Origin: Lingula anatina
Lineage: Eukaryota > Animalia > Brachiopoda
Reading direction: 5' to 3'
NCBI GenBank assembly: GCA_051362555.1
Contig: CM120641.1
Coordinates: forward strand, 33,734,401 to 33,798,400
DNA length: 64,000 bases
This document shows positions 62,684 through 64,000 of the stretch, piece after piece. The notes beneath the pieces are model-generated. The model did no database searches. It saw only the letters and a program-made list of their open reading frames with translations, and was not told where the DNA came from. A program made the position numbers and the translations under genes. Each line of letters starts with the position of its first letter. The stretch's first letter is position 1.

Positions 62684-63865
62684 CTGAATGACCCCGCCCC
62701 CTTTGCCTCCAGAGCAGAATAGAAACTGCTCTGGCAAATCCAGCATCTTCCCCAACCAGTCCATCATAATCATCTCCAGCTCTGTGCATGCCGGATTGGC
62801 TGTCTGGGAAAAGAACATAAGCCCGTGTTTTCCTTTATTAATAAGAAAATAACAAAAAGGTCTTTGCTTCACCCTGAGTTTCAGAGGGCTGGAAACTCGC
62901 CTCATTGTGCGTGCTTTCAGCATGCATGGCAGGGACAAGCTGGTAACATATAGATGTGAGTTTCAAGTCACACATGGATCTCAGACAGCTTGATTTAGAT
63001 GTCTTGAAGAGTCTCATTTCTAATGGTATCGAACAACAAATAAAATACAAGTCAGTTTCCAGCCCCCCCTCCCCCCCCCCCCCCCCCCCCCCCCCCACTT
63101 TTGTGAAATCTTGGGTCCTCCGGTGTACAGTAGAAAAATCAGCTTACTCAGGTAAATCCAAGACCACCCATAGCATCGGAGAGCATGTCGGCACAGATGG
63201 CAGCGTAGGATCTGACTGAAGGGAAATAGCCATGGAACTGCGGGTGATTCCAGTGCGTTGTCTAGAGTATTGTTTGATTTAGATTAGACACAAAATATAT
63301 AAATCGTGCCAAAAATATAATATAGAGATTATTAACCATCAACTTCTTAGCAGAAATGTTACAAACAATATTCTATTTCATATACAACATTTTTTGTATG
63401 ATTATGATTTTGAATTAGATTTCTGTGATTTAGCTGCCTTTTTCTCAAGTGAGGAAACCGACTAAAACGAAGCAATTCAGATTCAATTAAAAAACAATCC
63501 TCTTTAAACTACAACCCTTGTACACTAAACTATTGCTCATCTCTTAAAGACAGTAAAGCCAATATACTAAAAATCAACTGTATATTTTGCCATGTGTATT
63601 TTATATTTAGCCGCGTGGCGCATGCGCAAACGATAATTTACCTGTGTGCCTATAAGCACTTACCCCAGGCATAATAACCCGCTCTAAGTCACCAATAACG
63701 TCCTTTCCATGACTCAGCAGTATCTGGGGCAGTTTCCGGAAGGAGCTGGCGCTTATATCCGGCTATGCAGGATATACTGGACGATTCTGCACATTCTCTA
63801 AGTAATATATCAGCCACCATGTCTACTATTTCTTTCCCACGAACACGGAACTCTGCAGCATCCAT
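62684..63865 (-). pseudogene. Ddc: Aromatic L-amino-acid (DOPA) decarboxylase-like gene; three coding exons 63865-63664, 63261-63148, 62803-62684; disabled as assembled
   Basis: MDAAEFRVRGKEIVDMVAD / YLENVQNRPVYP / GYKRQLLPETAPDTAESWK / DVIGDLERVIMPG; TTHWNHPQFHGYFPSVRSYAAICADMLSDAMGGLGFT*; [40 protein letters not shown]. Canonical GT-AG boundaries. Three frameshifts in the first exon and TGA in place of the conserved Trp at the end of the second. Confidence 0.85.
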
Positions 63866-64000
63866 TTGGCTGTCAATTGCCTATGAAAAAATAACAAAGA
63901 GTAGCTTGCGTTTTGGTATCTATATCAGCAACAACTAAACTTTTTCAACGCTGTTTAAAAGGAAAGATCATGAAAGATGGAACATTGCGACATATGCGTT

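Noticed and set aside
63061-63097. Poly-C run giving poly-Pro/poly-Gly ORFs
   Set aside because: Intronic homopolymer in the Ddc-like gene; its length is unreliable and it has no coding support.

Overview
AT-rich eukaryotic (metazoan) genomic DNA with GT-AG introns; the repeat and gene content suggest a marine invertebrate, possibly a mollusc or other lophotrochozoan (inference). Bases ~1-28,800 are a nest of one non-autonomous Helentron-type (HINE/DINE-1-like) element family repeatedly inserted into itself in both orientations, and the many 'MCLYILPSPAS...' ORFs there are repeat artefacts. Bases 29-47 kb hold DNA-transposon derivatives identified by TIR/TSD (Kolobok-like, a 6.4-kb P-superfamily-like element, a 258-bp inverted pair 12.7 kb apart) and a truncated LINE. 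The only intact protein-coding gene I can build has 4 coding exons (48074-52131, +, ~732 aa). It encodes a type I membrane receptor: signal peptide, TNFR-type cysteine-rich domains, a thrombospondin type-1 repeat, a TM helix, and a long cytoplasmic tail with seven acidic tyrosine-motif repeats and no recognisable death domain. The 3' end has Harbinger and mariner remnants, more HINE fragments, and three exons of a disabled aromatic L-amino-acid decarboxylase (Ddc-like) gene on the minus strand. All calls were made by eye without database searches.
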